The notes below the pieces were generated by a model, which did not search any database, had not been told where the DNA came from, and was given only the letters and a program-made list of their open reading frames with translations. The translations under genes and the position numbers were made by a program. 64,000 nt of DNA from the human T2T-CHM13v2.0 reference genome, Homo sapiens: NCBI RefSeq assembly GCF_009914755.1, contig NC_060940.1; one strand, given 5' to 3'. This document shows positions 39,466 to 51,600 of this stretch, piece after piece; position 1 is the stretch's first letter, and every line of letters starts with the position of its first letter.

Positions 39466-39602
39466 TTGGGGGGCTGAGGCGGGAGGATCACTTGAGCCCA
39501 GAAGTTGGAGGTTGCAGAGAGGCAAGATCGCACCACTGCTCTCCAGCCTGGACAGCAGAGTGAGACCCTGACTCAAAAAAAAAAAAAGGAAAAGAAAAAA
39601 AA
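39466..39602 (+). mobile_element. Alu monomer fragment (FRAM/AluJ-like)
   Basis: GAGGCGGGAGGATCACTTGAGCCC...GAGACCCTG plus A-tail. Confidence 0.8.
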
Positions 39603-39646
39603 ATTTTTAAGTTTTTTATATACATACATTAAGCATTTTGTTTTAA

Positions 39647-40093
<447 letters not shown>

Positions 40094-40533
40094 TAACTTA
40101 CAATTGGATAAATTCATAAATCCTTGGTTCCTTCATGCTCATAGCCACTAGTATCTCTAAGGTTATGAAAGCATCATGCTGAATTCCTCCATCCCCTCAA
40201 TGACACCCTTTCAACAAGTAATAGCAACTAATATTTGCTAACTGAGTGACTGGTAGGAAGTAAGTGAAGAATCAGGAGAACTGTTAGAGCCATACCAGAG
40301 AAAATCACAAGAAAGGCAGGACTGCAAAGATCTAGTGGAGGCTGTGAGAAAAGGTAAACCCCTTCTTAAGCTCATCTGCCCCTTTAGTTACCACTGGCTG
40401 TCTCACTCCTGGATTTATGTGACTCCCTTAGCTATACTTTCCCAGCCCCCTGGGATGTTCCCCACTCATCCTATTCACCCACAAAGAAATATTGTCAAAA
40501 TCAATTGGGTGATGATTAGGAGCCATTATCTGC

Positions 40534-40625
40534 CTGCTGTGCTGAAAAGGATACAGGGCTATCTGCAGAAACCTTTCATGACGGGCTAAAAAAATATTCC
40601 AGTATATCTAGGAGTGGTGTCACTT
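40534..40625 (-). pseudogene. Fossil exon SDTTPRYTGIFF*PVMK...ILFSTA
   Basis: Acceptor ttgattttcccacttAG; resembles WDR64-type DTSWITGxxYLPxLKxI.ATT; donor degenerate. Confidence 0.45.
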
Positions 40626-42752
40626 CTAAGTGGGAAAATCAAAGTCAATCCATAGTCTTTTCATACTATTGGCTTGTTACGTTTACAAGGTGTTATATTT
40701 CTAAAGCAAACACTATACGAAATATGAAAAATTCATGCTTGACTTAAAGGGAAGAAAAAAGTAAAGGGAACCATTTTGATAGTGGAACAGATATACTCAG
40801 ATTCAAGGACTGAATAAATAGATTTGTAACATTTTCTTGCTTTGCCCTCTGGAGCTCTGCCTTCTGTAATCTTCCCAGTGTCAGTCCTCCAGGTTCTCTG
40901 TCCTCGCAACTCGGATTTAGAATTACGGATAAAAGATGCCTAAAATCCAATTTCTTGATTGAGGAAACTGAGGCCTGGAAAGTGAATTAAGTCTCCCAAA
41001 GTTGGCCAGAGACTAAGAGTCTTGTCTCTTCATTCTATCCAGTGTTCTTTTCACTCTGCTGACTTTCTTGGTATTACTTCCCTTCAGTTTTGAAAATTAC
41101 TTTCATTTATTATTTGTCCAAACCTATTGAGACTAAAGCTTCACATTATATTTAATAGTTGCATATCATCTACTGCCAATTTCTGGTTTTCACCTTTGAG
41201 GGAGCAGATGCTGCAAAACATGGAGAATATTCTGATAAATATACACTACAAAGATAATCTATTCTACTTTTAAGAGCTAGGAATGATTTATTGGAATAGA
41301 TATCATGGGATTGTAAATTCCTGAGTAAAGTTCATTATGATGATCAACAATATCCAACAAAGTAGGAGAAGGATTACTGAGTAAAGTAAAAACCCACTAA
41401 AATATGAATAGCATAATTGGTGCCTGTGCTATTTAAAAAAGCAACTGAGATGAACCTTGGATCTTCGGGAAGTGGCATGATGTGGCAGAAAGAACACTGT
41501 CTTGGAATTCAGAAAATTAAGGTGTCCATCCTGATTACTCAATTTATGAGCTATGTGATCTTAGGTAAATCACTTGGACTTCTCTAAGCTTAATTTCATT
41601 ATGCATGCAATGGAAAACAGAAATCCTGGCTATTTCAAGTAGCTGTTATAAGGATTGAATTAAATAATATATGAGAGATTATTACAATTCAAAAATCTGA
41701 GACCATATGCCTCTGCATGATGGCAGAGGACCATGTGCGTTGTATTCAACAGTATATTCCCAACATCTAACATAGTGTCTGGCACATGGTAAGCATACAA
41801 TAAATATGGAAGACATTCATGAATTAAATAAATGAAGATAATTATAGGAAAAAATATCATTCTTATCACTATTTCTTGCTGTGGAAATGTTTATGGGGGG
41901 ATAAAGCCAAGTACATGAATAGAGCAGAGGCGGGGGAGGCAAGAAAAGGAACAAAATGATTGGTATCACTTCCTTCCTAGAACAGAAGCAGAGGTTACAG
42001 AATCAAAAAAAAGAATGATCAAAGTGACCAGTCTCTAAACCTACCCTTTTTCTTTCATTGCCTCATTCACCCCACCTCTCAATCCCACCATTGATTTTTC
42101 TTTTTAAGATTGCCTTTGGGCATTGACCTCATTAATTTCAGAGTCATGGTTAAGCCATTGCTTTCAGTGTTTTTATTAAGACCTGTATATGTCCTCTCTG
42201 TAGTTATTAGAAACAGTGCTGTTTTTCATTTATATTGGATGTAACTAATTCAGAGTTCTTTCCTCTTAGCCCTCTCCAAAGACTACAATGGCCAGGGGGA
42301 GAGACAGTGGACTTCAGGGACTACTTGAGAGGAAAATCAGTATAGTTCATTTCTTTTTACTTCAACTAAAATGACTCTAGGTAAAAGTCCTATGGGATAG
42401 GTGCCTGGTTGAAAATGTATCTCTCACTGAGTTGTCCTTTTTTAGTTTTATAGATGTGCTCCATCACACACACAGGAATTTCATAAAAATGTTTTTCTTT
42501 GCCACAGAGGTCAGGGTTTTGCAGGCCTTTGGAGAATAGATAACACACCTAAATGTCAGCTCAACTAAAGAACCATGTTACCCGACTGGAACGCCTCAAT
42601 CTTGGTACTTGGCAGACTTTGGGAACACCTCAAACCACATGTACTTTAGAGAATGCAGACAAGTCACAAAATTAATTCAGTCTAGTCTGGCCAAACACTC
42701 TCAATGTACTTCTAAATTTGAACTAATTGATAGCCTCTCCTCCCTCAGTTAC

Positions 42753-42958
42753 ACTTGTTATAGCCAATTCAATTGGTTTTAACTGGATTCACATAAAATT
42801 CACCTACTTTTTGCTTTCACAAATATAACTGACAGGAACAAACAAAAACAGTTCTATCTGTAAAAAGCAATGCAGTAATAAAACTTTGGACCTTGAAGCT
42901 TACAGAAGACTAATGAGATAATGTCTAAAATGTGTTTGAGCTGCATGTGTGAAAGACT
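42753..42958 (-). pseudogene. Two fossil exons (42958-42904 SFTHAAQTHFRHYLISL; 42828-42753 YICESKK*VNFM*IQLK)
   Basis: Acceptors ttttctatctccatAG and tttgttcctgtcAG; donor CT|GTAAGC; phases join (CT|T TAT); resembles the first WD40 blade (Y..SKxG.V..W..L). Confidence 0.45.
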
Positions 42959-43232
42959 CTATGGAGATAGAAAACATGATAAATAATGCAACTAACCTTT
43001 GTGTCAGGAAAGCTCCTGTCTTCTGGAGGATATAATAAGTATTAAATAAATATTTTACAAATATGTTCCTGCTAATCTTTTCTGTCAACTCCAGCCCAGG
43101 TAGGTTGAAAAGGACTATTACTCCCATCAAAACAAATAAGAATCTTAGTTTCTAATGAAAAGTTTTCCAAGAAAATTCCAATTGGAATCCATGACTTTAG
43201 GTAACGCTTTCATATTAAGCCAAGCTTCTGAC

Positions 43233-43347
43233 TTCAATTTCAGCTCTTGGTCCATTTTATTGTCAATGTGAAAGCACTAGTCTTGGCCCCCTCCAACTTT
43301 TCACTCTATTCAAGCCAAAGGCATCCCTGTGGGATTCTCTAGCTATC
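43233..43347 (-). pseudogene. Fossil exon DS*RIPQGCLWLE*SEKLEGAKTSAFTL...
   Basis: Strong acceptor ttttttttttcaatttAG; CLWLE*SEK resembles the post-EF-hand YMLLEYxEK motif of the family. Confidence 0.55.
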
Positions 43348-43480
43348 CTAAATTGAAAAAAAAAATCACAAAGCACACCCTCTTTGGGGTTCTTCAACCA
43401 TCAAAGAACACTCAACAAATTATGTTGTCAACAGTGACCACATAATGGACTTCAATAACTTAAGAGCTCAATTCAATTAC

Positions 43481-43567
43481 CTATAAACCTTAATCTGCTC
43501 CTTCATGAAAATCCCTTCACTTAAAAGTACACAAAACCTTTATTTCTTCTTATGACATCTCTTATCC
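43481..43567 (-). pseudogene. Fossil EF-hand exon G*EMS*EEIKVLCTFK*RDFHEGAD*GL*
   Basis: Acceptor ataattttAG, donor TAG|GTAATT; 87 nt, phase 0/0, compatible with both neighbours; terminal TAG is one change from TGG (the Trp of VxW). Five stops, so the frame is uncertain. Confidence 0.5.
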
Positions 43568-43764
43568 CTAAAATTATAAATAAGAAAACTAATTTTTCAT
43601 GAATTCTACAAAATAACAAAATGGGACACAAAATTGAGCAAAAAATTTTCTGACGGGAATGTCAAAAACACCTGGCAAACACTCTTCTCACAAGCTGGCA
43701 TAGGCCTATAAATCTCCCATTTGTTTGTTTAAAATCTGTATCATTTCATTTTTCAGAGCCTTAC

Positions 43765-43813
43765 TTGAAGACAAGCCATTACCTTTTTGAACTCATCCAA
43801 TCCTAAGCATTTT
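43765..43813 (-). pseudogene. Fossil EF-hand exon KCLGLDEFKKVMACLQ
   Basis: Acceptor ttttttttacttgattattctAG, donor CAA|GTAAGG; stop-free; matches EF-hand exit LxxxEFxxxM. Confidence 0.7.
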
Positions 43814-44497
43814 CTAGAATAATCAAGTAAAAAAAATTCTACCACAAAAATAAAAAAGTCTCAGAGGTGGGAAGAGCTTTGTCACATTGTCTGATTTAGC
43901 CCTTGCTAAATCAGCCCTTGTTTAGTTAACAAATATTGAAACTGATGACTTATGGGCAGTGGGCCATCCTTGACCTTTGGGGATATATACAAAGTAATAA
44001 GACAACTCTGTCCCCTAAAAGGAGTTTACAGTTTACTAATGTTTTCCCAAAGTACCTGAGTACTTAGGGAGAAGGTATGAATGTAAAAATGAAGATTCCT
44101 AAGCTTAGCCTCAAACTTACTGATTCAGAAATTCTAGGGATTAAACCCAGAAATCTGCTCTTTAAAAAGCATCTTGGGTAATTCTTGTGCACAACATTTG
44201 AGAACCACCACTCTGGTAGGTCTGAGAGATGTGCACAAGTATGAGTTAGGGAAATGCTGAATAGAAGACTCATCTTTTAGGGACATAAAAAAATTGATCA
44301 GCACCTTCCCTCATTAATGCCAGATACAAACTGGAAAAAAAAGAAAAGTCATCTCTTAGCCAAAACCAGACATTCTTCTAAATCATATTCACCACTAAGT
44401 TGGATTGTGAGTTATCAATTTTATAACAGAAACACTTAGTGCAGAAACCCAAAATTTCTAGTGACCTACCATTCTCCCTAAAATGCCTAATTCACTG

Positions 44498-44840
<343 letters not shown>

Positions 44841-46546
44841 TTAGTTTCATTTAGGTTATGAACCACATATTTTAGCCTATTTTCTTCCCGTGAGAGTAGT
44901 ATTCATAAGCAATTTTCATAGTTTTTTTCCCTTTCACAGAAATACAAAAAAACTACTAAACATAAAAAAATGTTGAATTTAGAAACATTTGAGGTATCTG
45001 GGCTTTAAGAAAGTAAGCTCTTAACAGAATTAACTGGCACATACAGATTCTGCACAAGACCAAACTCTGTACACAGAAAAATCACCTGGGGAGTGGCTAT
45101 CAATGCAAATGGCTGAAGAATCTGAGTTGGTAAAAGTAAGATGGATAACTGAATTTTTAACAAGCACCCCAGCTAATTCTAATGTAAATTGTTTTGAGAA
45201 AACATTCCAGAATTTTCAAGATTTCAAGATTCCAAGCTCATGACATCCCAACCTGTCTTCATGTCTAAATCAATATATTAAACACAGTAGACTGCCAATG
45301 CATACATATTTAAATAATTAAAGTAATTTTATATTTAATTAAAGTATAAAAGGGAACAAACAGGGGAAGTCAGTTTACCTAATCAGAGCCCACATTCTGT
45401 AAGTCAGAGCTGGGGAATCTTATTGATATAATGAATTGCCCTCCAGATCCAGGAGCCACATGCAGTAAAGGGCTTTGCCGTTGTTTCTTTTAGAGAGTAT
45501 ATAAAATACTCTGATTACCTACTTATAAAATTAAAAATATACTGAATGATGTATGTGTGTAGCAAAGGGAATGGCTGAGGTTGGAGGGAGAGTTATTCTC
45601 TGGACATCAACAATAATCTGAGAAATAAAATTCTGAGGATCATATAAAATAAAACCAAATAGAATCTGTCCTTGGTCTAAGCATCTCCCACTGCTGATGT
45701 TAGGATAGTAATTTCCTCATTCCCACAGGAATTAATTGTGAACAATTAAACACGTGGTATTATCTAATTACTAATAATTCACAGAGAACTGAGAGATTCT
45801 TATCCTCACGTCCTTTGGGGGAACCTGAATATGAGTGGGTTCTGGGGTTGTATGCTTTCTGTAAGTCTGGGAAGCACACTTTATATGTGCATATAGCATG
45901 CAGTTTCTCAGATAGTCCACAAACATGTGAAAGGAGCACTGGCTTACTACTTACAGGTAGTAGTAAGGAGAATAACTGTTCGTGACCCTAAACAGTGGCT
46001 CAGCTTCTTCAGCTATAAAATGGGTACTCAGGTTGATCTGTATTCATGGTCCAGGTTCTTTGCACTCAGCCATGATGCTTCCCACGCCATGTGCTTAACT
46101 GAGGTTTATGTGGGAGGATCACATGAGACAATTTTTGTAAAAGTGCTCTGTAAGCTGTAAAGCACTATACAGATGAAGCGGATTATTATTAGTCTTTTAC
46201 GAAGCCCAGCGATAAAGATGCAAAGTGACCCAGAAAAAGAAAACTGAGTAGACAAACCTGAAATACAACATCTATAGCCCCTAGAACAGTTACCCTGTAC
46301 ATGGTAGGTAGGTGCTTAATAAGTAGAGTGAGTAAAGAAAAACGCAAAACAGGTTTGTGCCTCCATCATACTAGGTCTGATACCAAGAAGAAATAAATAT
46401 ACCTAAGGTCAATGATAGTTTCATTCAACCATACAAACCCAAATAATCCAAGAGCCTAAGATTTTAAATTAAAAATTACTTCAAAGAAAGAGCATGGAAA
46501 CGTGAAATGTGACCCGGAATCCGCAATTAAATCGGTATATTCTTAC

Positions 46547-46633
46547 CTCTTCAGTCTTTCCAACGCAGTCTTGCAGGGATACAGGACCTGGGTGAGGGTG
46601 TGGAGTGCTTCCCTGCACCTGGTAGATCTACAT
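46547..46633 (-). pseudogene. Fossil first coding exon M(*)IYQVQGSTPHPHPGPVSLQDCVGKTEE
   Basis: ATG at 46633-46631; second codon TAG (one change from GAG, which would give a GTTATGG Kozak); otherwise open for 29 codons to the strong phase-0 donor GAG|GTAAGA. Confidence 0.5.
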
Positions 46634-46637
46634 AACT

Positions 46638-46649
46638 GTTCCTAGCAAC
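46638..46649. promoter_or_regulatory. RFX X-box-like motif GTTCCTAGCAAC with overlapping MYB-type TAACTG (46633-46638)
   Basis: Contains the CCTAGCAAC RFX half-site, a few nt upstream of the fossil ATG on the minus strand. Confidence 0.5.
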
Positions 46650-48383
46650 CTCTTGAGGAAATAATACATTCTATAGAATGTTGGGTACCTAAGCTCTCTG
46701 TTTTGGATTTGAAAGGCTGCGTTTTAGTGATTTTTAAGCCAAACAAGATTTATCCCATAACAGCCCCCCAAAAACACGCACAGAAAAGAAGAATGAGAGG
46801 GGCGGGTAGGTAGAGAAGCAGTTATTCACTTTATAAAACAATTCTCTATAGGATTCTTTTGTCAGTTTCCTAGACTATGTAAAATGTGATTCAAATTAAA
46901 ATATTTAAATCACATACCCACATCTTGACATGGGCAGCTATTTGTAAAATGAGGCAAACCCACACTGGGAAATACCAAATTAAAAAAAAATCAGGGAAAA
47001 AATATTTTCTTCTGGGTGGCCCTAAACTGCTTTCTTTTTCCCCATTGCAAATGTATTTTTATGCTGGGTTACATTTCCAAAACAGGAGTGTTTTTTTTCT
47101 ATCGTTGAAATGAAACAAACAAGTTTGCTTTCAGAGCTACAGAAATGCCCAACTGTTAGGAAAAAAAAAACAAAAAACCGTTTTCCACTGGCCGCTTGCC
47201 TCTCTTATCCCCATGCAACCTTGCCTATTGGCCCCTTTCCCTAGGAGAGCCCCTGGGGCTGTCTGATGGAACTGATTGTAAAACTATTTTGTGCAGTAAA
47301 AAAGTCGTTTCTTCAAAATCTGAGACCACCCAGAACATGCCCAATCTTTGGCAAATATCGACTGGTTTCCTCAGTATTTGACTAGCTGTACACCGAGTAA
47401 CTGTCCCGGGTTTCTGGGTCTTTATCTGAGAAGAAATGAGGGGGAAATGTTTCAGAAGATGAAAAAAGGAAGAAAACCTCTCATCCAAAATCTGTTCAAA
47501 ATTCATTTTGTGCGTTTCGAAGGGGGAGGACAGGAGAATTTAGTGCAAAGACGGCCTCCACCAAACGAAACCGTCCAACATTTGCAAAAGCTTTTAAAAT
47601 AAACTGCTCAGGGATCAGGGGTTTGCTGGAAACTCCCGGTCGCTTGAAGCCCTGTCCCTCCACTCCGGGCACCCTGGCCTCCCCAGGGTGGGCACCCCTC
47701 CTGCACGGAGAGCGGCGGCTGGGATCTCGGAGCAGGGTCGGCTATGGCCCTGGAGGCAGCGGCTCACAGAGAAAAAGCTCTGGCTTTTCTCCGCCCGCTG
47801 CGTTCCTCTTCTTACAGCCTCGGGTGTCACATATTAGGTGCTCAATAAATGTGGACATAGGAAACGAAAAGTCCGAATCTGTCCTTACGCCCCCAAGGCG
47901 AATTCTGGGGCGCGCGGGTTTATTCCGACCCACTACCACATCGCGTTTCCTGAGGTAACCCGGCCTCGGCTCTGCGGCCCCAGCGGCTGGAGAGCCACGG
48001 AGAAGGCGGGCTACGGGCGACAAGATGGAGAGCCGGCCCGAGAGGGACAGAGGCCGCGCTGGCAGCGAGCTGGGGGGCCCACCTGACCGTCCTGCGGGCA
48101 GCCCGGCCCCGCGCTCCCATTGACAAGGAGGTCCGCGCCGCCGGCGCGTGGGGCGGGAGCGGAGGCGGGGTGGGGCGCCCCGGCGCGCGCCCGGCCCCAC
48201 TCCCCGCCCCCGCCAGTCCCGCAAGCACCCACCCCGGGGGAGCCGCGGGCCGGGAGGGCGCTGGGGGGAGGGGCAGGCCGCTCCGCGAGCGCGTGTGCGC
48301 GCCGCCGCCGGCTGACGCGAACTCCGGCGCGCGCCTCCCCCGCCCCGCGCCCTCCCCGTCCCGGGGGCCCGGCGCGCGGCCCT

Positions 48384-48395
48384 GCTGACGTCAGC
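48384..48395. promoter_or_regulatory. Full palindromic CRE (CREB/ATF site)
   Basis: GCTGACGTCAGC, core TGACGTCA at 48386-48393; additional half-site TGACG at 48313-48317. Confidence 0.85.
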
Positions 48396-48613
48396 TGGCG
48401 GCCCGCGGAGCCGGGTGCGCAGAGCCGCTGGCGCACTCGCGCGCTGCGCTGGCCTCCTCCCCGCCCCGGGCCCAGGCGCGCGCGCGCTTGTTCGCTCTCC
48501 CATTTTTTTTTTCCCCTCCCTCCCTGCCTCTCTCTCTCTCCCTCTCCCTCGAGCTCCCGGCTGGCTGCGGCTCCCTGGCGCTCTCCCTCTCTCTCCGGTA
48601 GGCTCACCGAGCG

Positions 48614-48652
48614 ATGCGAGCTCTGGGAGACAGCGACGCCGCCTCCCGCTAG
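48614..48652 (+). other. uORF1 in GNAO1 5'UTR (MRALGDSDAASR*)
   Basis: ATG at 48614 (G at -3) to TAG at 48650-48652; assumes the TSS lies upstream of 48614. Confidence 0.6.
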
Positions 48653-48747
48653 AGACCTGCCCCTCGGCCCGGCCCCCTGCCCAACCCTGCCCAGCGCGCG
48701 GGGGTCGGCGAAGGCGCCGCGGACGCACCGACGGCTGAAGAGCGGCG

Positions 48748-48762
48748 ATGCACATGCACTAG
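48748..48762 (+). other. uORF2 in GNAO1 5'UTR (MHMH*)
   Basis: ATG CAC ATG CAC TAG, two in-frame AUGs. Confidence 0.65.
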
Positions 48763-48796
48763 CAGCACCCCCTAACTCACTCCCTCCACATCCCGC

Positions 48797-48853
48797 GCCG
48801 CCGCCGCCGCCTCCTCCACCTCCTCCTCCGCCGCCGCCGCCTCCTCCTCCTCC
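48797..48853 (+). repeat. Compound trinucleotide repeat (GCC)5(TCC)2ACC(TCC)3(GCC)4(TCC)4 in 5'UTR
   Basis: Read directly; 19 NCC triplets. Confidence 0.95.
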
Positions 48854-49172
48854 GGCAGCCGCGGCAGCAGGACCCACCCTGCCCCCCACCCCACCCTCTG
48901 TCGGCTCCGGCTGCGGCTCCAGCCTCGACTATTATTTTATTTATTTTGGGTCGTGCACAAGCCTCAGTGCCTGCAGTCCGCGCCTCCTCGGCCCGCGGGC
49001 GCCTCCTCCCTTGGCTCCGGAGCCCCAGACCCCGGCCACCCTCGATTCGACAACCCCAGACCCCTGCCAGCTGCCGCGAGTCTCCGCTGCTGGAATCTTG
49101 TTAGCGGCTGTCTTTTTGGAGGGTTCTGGTTTCCCGACATTTTTGTTTCCAGCCCAGGAGAGGATATCGTGA

Positions 49173-49547
<375 letters not shown>

Positions 49548-49618
49548 TAGTCCCCCCCTCCCCCTGTTCCCTTAAGCTGACACTCACCAGTTTTTCCCCA
49601 CTGTCTGTGTCCCAACAG

Positions 49619-49661
49619 GGGCTGGAGAATCAGGAAAAAGCACCATTGTGAAGCAGATGAA
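49619..49661 (+). CDS. GNAO1: GNAO1 coding exon 2 (P-loop GAGESGKSTIVKQM)
   Basis: Acceptor ...tgtgtcccaacAG|GG; 43-nt exon completes Gly40 and encodes AGESGKSTIVKQMK; donor GTAAGT at 49662. The gene continues beyond the window (long intron 2). Confidence 0.99.
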
Positions 49662-51600
49662 GTAAGTCCCTGTGGCATTGGGATTCGTACTTTTATTAAG
49701 AATAATTTTTAAATCGTTTTTATTACATTGCTTACTCCACATTGCTCTCCAGGCCTGTTTTTTAATTCGTGCACACACACACACACACACACACACCCCT
49801 ATATTTGACTCCCCTCCCCCACTCCCTACGTTGGTTCTGGGTCCTCCACCCTAACTCCTGGGTGGGTGTTTTTTGGGAGGGGGAAGGGGAGCGCCTGTAG
49901 TTGTATGAATGACAGTGTCCGCCATATTGATCAGAACATCACACTATTGGCATGATTATGATCATTACTCTTGCTTGTGGAATATTTTCTGTGTCTCACT
50001 GCCTCCATTTCTGTCTGTGTCTCTGTTTCATTCTGTCTCTATTTCTTTCTCCTCTTCCCTCCATACCTCCCTATCCCCCAAGGTCCGTAATCCCACTTCC
50101 CCCTGCTCTTTTCCTGGGGCAGTGATTTTGAACTTGGCTAACATGGAGGGGACCCAGCCCTAGACTGGGGTGGAGGATCAAGTGTCTGCTGTTCATGCGT
50201 TTGGTGCTGAATTGGAGGCTGTGGTTTCTACATCCCCTCGCACCCCCTCCCCCGCAAAAAAAGAGGGCCAGGGTTAGGGGAGGGGTCGTGTGCTAGGGGA
50301 AGGAGTGGGTTTCCAAACGTAGGTGACGGGCACAGTTTTATCCAAGGTAGAGGTGGAAGGGGGAGGGAAGCTGCCTGTGAGGCTGAATGTCCGCCCCTTG
50401 CTGCCCCCAGCTCCTCTCCTCCCCCACCCTCCCAGCATTGCTCTCCTGACACCCGCAGTTTTCGTTCGCTCCGTGGCCTTTATCAGTGTATTTATTTACA
50501 CTCTGCATAGGCCGTGTTCCATGTAATCTACCCACAATGCGGATTTCAGGCCCCACTTGCCGCCGCCCCCTTCTGCCTTAGCTATCAGTTTCCCCTCCTA
50601 ATTAACTGGGGGTGGATTTGAGTGATGGTTGAAAATTAAAACAAAATGGGATATTCCTTCCCTTCCACACTTTCTCAATAAGGAGCCTCGCCCCTCCTTT
50701 CCACTTGCAGGCTCGCTTCTTGCCCTATCCACTCGGCAGTTCCTGGTGATCCCACAGGCAGGTTTGCTTGGGGAGGGGGTGGCCGGCAGCGAAGGGGTGT
50801 GCGCCCTCCGGGCCTCCTGTTTCGGTTGGCCTGTCAGTTCGAGACGGAGGAGTTCGTTTAGACCGTTTAGCGAAGATTCCACGTCGCTTTGCTGTGACAC
50901 CTTCGTGCACACACAGCTCCTAATTAGGGGTTGCTGTGCAGTAAACAAAAATGATTATTTTTCAACTTGACACAATAGCCGAAATAATTGCATCGCGTAG
51001 GGAAACAATGGAAAATAAAAACCCCTTTCGTGGGAAGGTGGGAGTGGGAGACGAAGCATGCTTGCGGTTTCAGAACCAAGATGCAAAAAATCTTGGATGT
51101 GTAACAGGCATGACAAGCGGGTTCTAGGCGGCGCCATGATGGTAGGGAGTAGCGACTCGGAGACAATTTTCCCATCTGCTTGACATGTTCTTATTTTTGT
51201 TCGAGAGCTCCCTGGGGCTTTCTTCGCAGAGCCCCCCTTGGCTCGCCGCACCCTTCTGAGCCAGGGGTAATTTAGCTTGGGGCTTCTCTTGAGCTTGTGC
51301 AACCCAAATTGATGGGGAGGCGGGGCCTGGGGAATTGCCCTTTGCAACAAGGTGCATGTTGCATCTGTCTGGAGCCCTTGCAGATCTGTAAATGCAAGCC
51401 GCGCCACCCCTTTCTCCCGAGGGGGGACGTTTTAAAACTTCAGAAGTCTGTAATCAGCAGTGGCGGACTCGGAGCCCAGTAGAAGCCCCAGCCACCTGAG
51501 CTGGATGAGGTTTCAGGCGTTGCAAGTGGTGGACAGCGCCCAGCCGAGGCCGGAAAAGTCGATGGGGCTCAGTTCGGCGACGCTCGGCTAGGTTCGGTGC
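49662..51600 (-). ncRNA. Probable antisense lncRNA within GNAO1 intron 2 (GNAO1-AS1/DKFZP434H168-like); ends approximate
   Basis: CpG island at the presumed 5' end; two minus-strand AATAAA signals (plus TTTATT at 49692-49697 and 49719-49724) at the presumed 3' end. Identity is recalled from locus annotation and cannot be verified here. Confidence 0.5.
49772..49795 (+). repeat. (CA)12 microsatellite in intron 2
   Basis: Read directly, 110 nt downstream of the exon-2 donor. Confidence 0.97.

Noticed and set aside
47742-49172. Long ORFs of 337, 292 and 350 aa across the promoter
   Set aside because: Expected in very GC-rich, stop-poor CpG islands; low-complexity R/G/P/A composition. Only the CUG-initiated UTR portion is kept, as a hypothesis.
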